Shown here in pieces: positions 61,901 to 64,000 of a stretch of 64,000 nucleotides of DNA; within the stretch, counting starts at the first letter, position 1; each line of letters starts with the position of its first letter. Source of the DNA: Octopus sinensis (lineage: Eukaryota). Made by a program: the position numbers and the translations under genes. The notes under the pieces were generated by a model. That model was not told the origin of the DNA. It did not search any database and was given only the letters and a program-made list of their open reading frames with translations. The DNA lies in the NCBI RefSeq assembly GCF_006345805.1, contig NC_042997.1:202120001-202184000 (forward strand). Reading direction: 5' to 3'.

Positions 61901-64000
61901 GCCATGCTACATGGTAGTGAAACATGGGCCGTGACAGCTGAGGATATGCGTAAGCTTGCAAGAAATGAAGCCAGTATGCTCCGATGGATGTGTAATGTCA
62001 GTGTTCATAATCGTCAGAGTGTAAGTACTTTGAGAGAAAAGTTGAACCTAAGAAGTGTCAGTTGTGGTGTGCAAGAGAGACGGCTGCGCTGGTATGGTCA
62101 TGTGACGAGAATGGCTGAAGATAGTTGTGTGCAAAAGTGCTACACCCTAGCAGTTGAGGGAACCTGTGGAAGAGGTAGACCCAGGAAAACCTGGGACGAG
62201 GTGGTGAAGCACGACCTTCGAACTTTAGGTCTCACCAAGGAAATGACTGAAGACCGAGTCCTATGGAAGTGTGCTGTGCATGAGAGGACCCGGCAGGACT
62301 AGTCAGGCCATATCCCGTGGCCCCTACCTGGGACGTAGTCGATCCACCTGTGCATACCTTCCTTCTTGTGACACTTCTGAAGACCTGCTGAGGCAAGTGA
62401 AAATCAATCAAAATAGATGAACATCAATGGAATTTGTATCTTTGTGGTACCAGTGCCTGTGGCACACAAGAAAACTATCCGAACGTGGCCGTAGCCAGTA
62501 CCGCATCGACTGGCCTCCGTGCTGTGGGAACATGGTGGCACATAAAAACACCATCCGAAGACCCGGCAAGACTAGTCAGGTCATAACCCGTGGGCCCTAC
62601 CTGGGACGTAGTCAGTCCACCTGTACATACCTTCCTTCTTGTGACACTTGTGAAGACCTGCTGAGGCAAATCAAATCAAATCAAATCAAATCAAATCAAA
62701 TCAAATCAAAATAGATGAACATCAAATCAAATCAAAACAAATCAAAATAGATGAACATCAATGGAATTTGTATCCTTGTGGTACCAGTGCTGGTGGCACA
62801 CAAGAATCCATCCGAACGTGGCCGTAGTCAGTACCGCTTGTGGTACCAGTGCCGGTGGCACACAAGAATCCATCCGAACGTGGCCGTAGTCAGTACCGCT
62901 TGTGGTACCAGTGCCGGTGGCACACAAGAATCCATCCGAACGTGGCCGTAGTCAGTACCGCATCACTCGCCATCGTGCTGTGGCACATAACAAACACCAT
63001 CCGGTCGTGGCCGTTCGCCAGCCTCATCTAGCACCTGTGTCGGTGGCACATAAAAAGTAGTCAGTACCGCTTGTGGTACCAGTGCCGGTGGCACACAAGA
63101 ATCCATCCGAACATGGCCGTAGTCAGTACCGCATCACTGGCCATCGTGCTGTGGGCACATAACAAACACCATCCGGTCGTGGCCGTTCGCCAGCCTCATC
63201 TAGCACCTGTGTCGGTGGCACATAAAAACACCTTCCGAAGACCCGGCAAGACTAGTCAGGCCATAAACCATGGCCCCTACCTGGGACGTAGTCAGTCCAC
63301 CTGTGCATACCTTCCTCCTTGTGATACTTGTGAAGGCCTGTTGAGGCAAGTGAAAATCAAAATCAAAATCAAATCAAAACAAATCAAAATAGATGAACAT
63401 CAATGGAATTTGTATCTTTGTGGTACCAGTGCCGGTGGCACACAAGAGAAAACCATCCGAAAGTGGCCGTAGCCAGTACCGCATCGACTGGCCTCCGTGC
63501 TGTGGGCACATGACAAACACCATCCGATCGTGGCCGTTCGCCAGCCTCATCTAGCACCTGTGTCGGTGGCACATAAAAACACCATCCGAAGACCCGGCAA
63601 GACTAGTCAGGCCATAACCCATGGCCCCTACCTGGGACGTAGTCAGTCCACCTGTGCATGCCTTCCTTCTTGTGACACTTGTGAAGACCTGTTGAGGCAA
63701 GTGAAAATCAAATCAAATCAAAACAAATCAAAATAGATGAACATCAATGGAATCTGTATCTTTGTGGTACCAGTGCCGGTGGCACACACTTTGTGGTACC
63801 AGTGCTGGTGGCACACAAGAGAACCATCCGAACGTGGCCGTAGCCAGTTCCGCATCGACCGGCCTCCGTGCTGTGGGCACGTAACAAACACCATCCGATC
63901 ATGGCCGTTCGCCAGCCTCATCTGGCACATAAAAACACCTTCGAAGACCCGGCAAGACTAGTCAGTCCACCTGTGCATACCTTCCTTCTTGTGACACTTG
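61893..64000 (+). mobile_element. 5'-truncated RTE-clade non-LTR retrotransposon with tandemly amplified 3' UTR, running off the window end
   Basis: ORF remnant 61904-62302 has RTE C-terminal motifs. The following sequence matches the many dispersed RTE 3'-end copies in this window. Inserted in the (TA)n tract of a SINE-A copy (61726-61892). Confidence 0.9.
61904..62302 (+). pseudogene. C-terminal remnant of RTE LINE ORF (post-RT region), 132 aa, open
   Basis: MLHGSETW...RRLRWYGHVTRM...GRGRPRKTWDEVV...DRVLWK matches the RTE pattern LYGxETW / RLRWxGHV / GRPRxxW / DRxxW. The Met is internal and the element is truncated at the TA tract. Confidence 0.88.

Noticed and set aside
62776-63130. Regular 62-bp repeats that could suggest a CRISPR array
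   Set aside because: Units are contiguous with no unique spacers and derive from the RTE 3' UTR.

Overview
AT-rich eukaryotic, repeat-dominated DNA, most likely intronic or intergenic sequence of an octopus (inferred from the SINE families and the (TA)n/(ATG)n/(AAT)n microsatellites; not verifiable without a search). I recognise no intact host protein-coding gene, rRNA, true tRNA or CRISPR array, and most ORFs in the track are microsatellite or repeat artefacts. Dispersed repeats comprise two abundant tRNA-headed SINE families (A, CORE-like; B, with a GTCGACTTTGCCTTTCATCC central block) and many 3'-end copies of an RTE LINE ending in (GAT)n. The 5'-truncated parent LINE (61.9-64 kb) has a tandemly amplified 3' UTR. 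There are also decayed fragments of two other RTE lineages, two RLE-type (R4/Dong-like) elements and a CR1/L2-like RT, plus a non-autonomous Helitron, a HINE-like element, a hAT-type MITE and a fold-back MITE. The most unusual signal is a set of short elements carrying minimal hammerhead-ribozyme-like motifs whose defects are mostly CpG transitions. One has a tRNA-derived Pol III head and sits next to an inverted partial twin; similar inverted twins occur at three other sites. This suggests non-autonomous Penelope-like or retrozyme-like elements. A few small phase-compatible candidate exons and a GC-rich island at 48.5 kb may belong to a host gene but are speculative.
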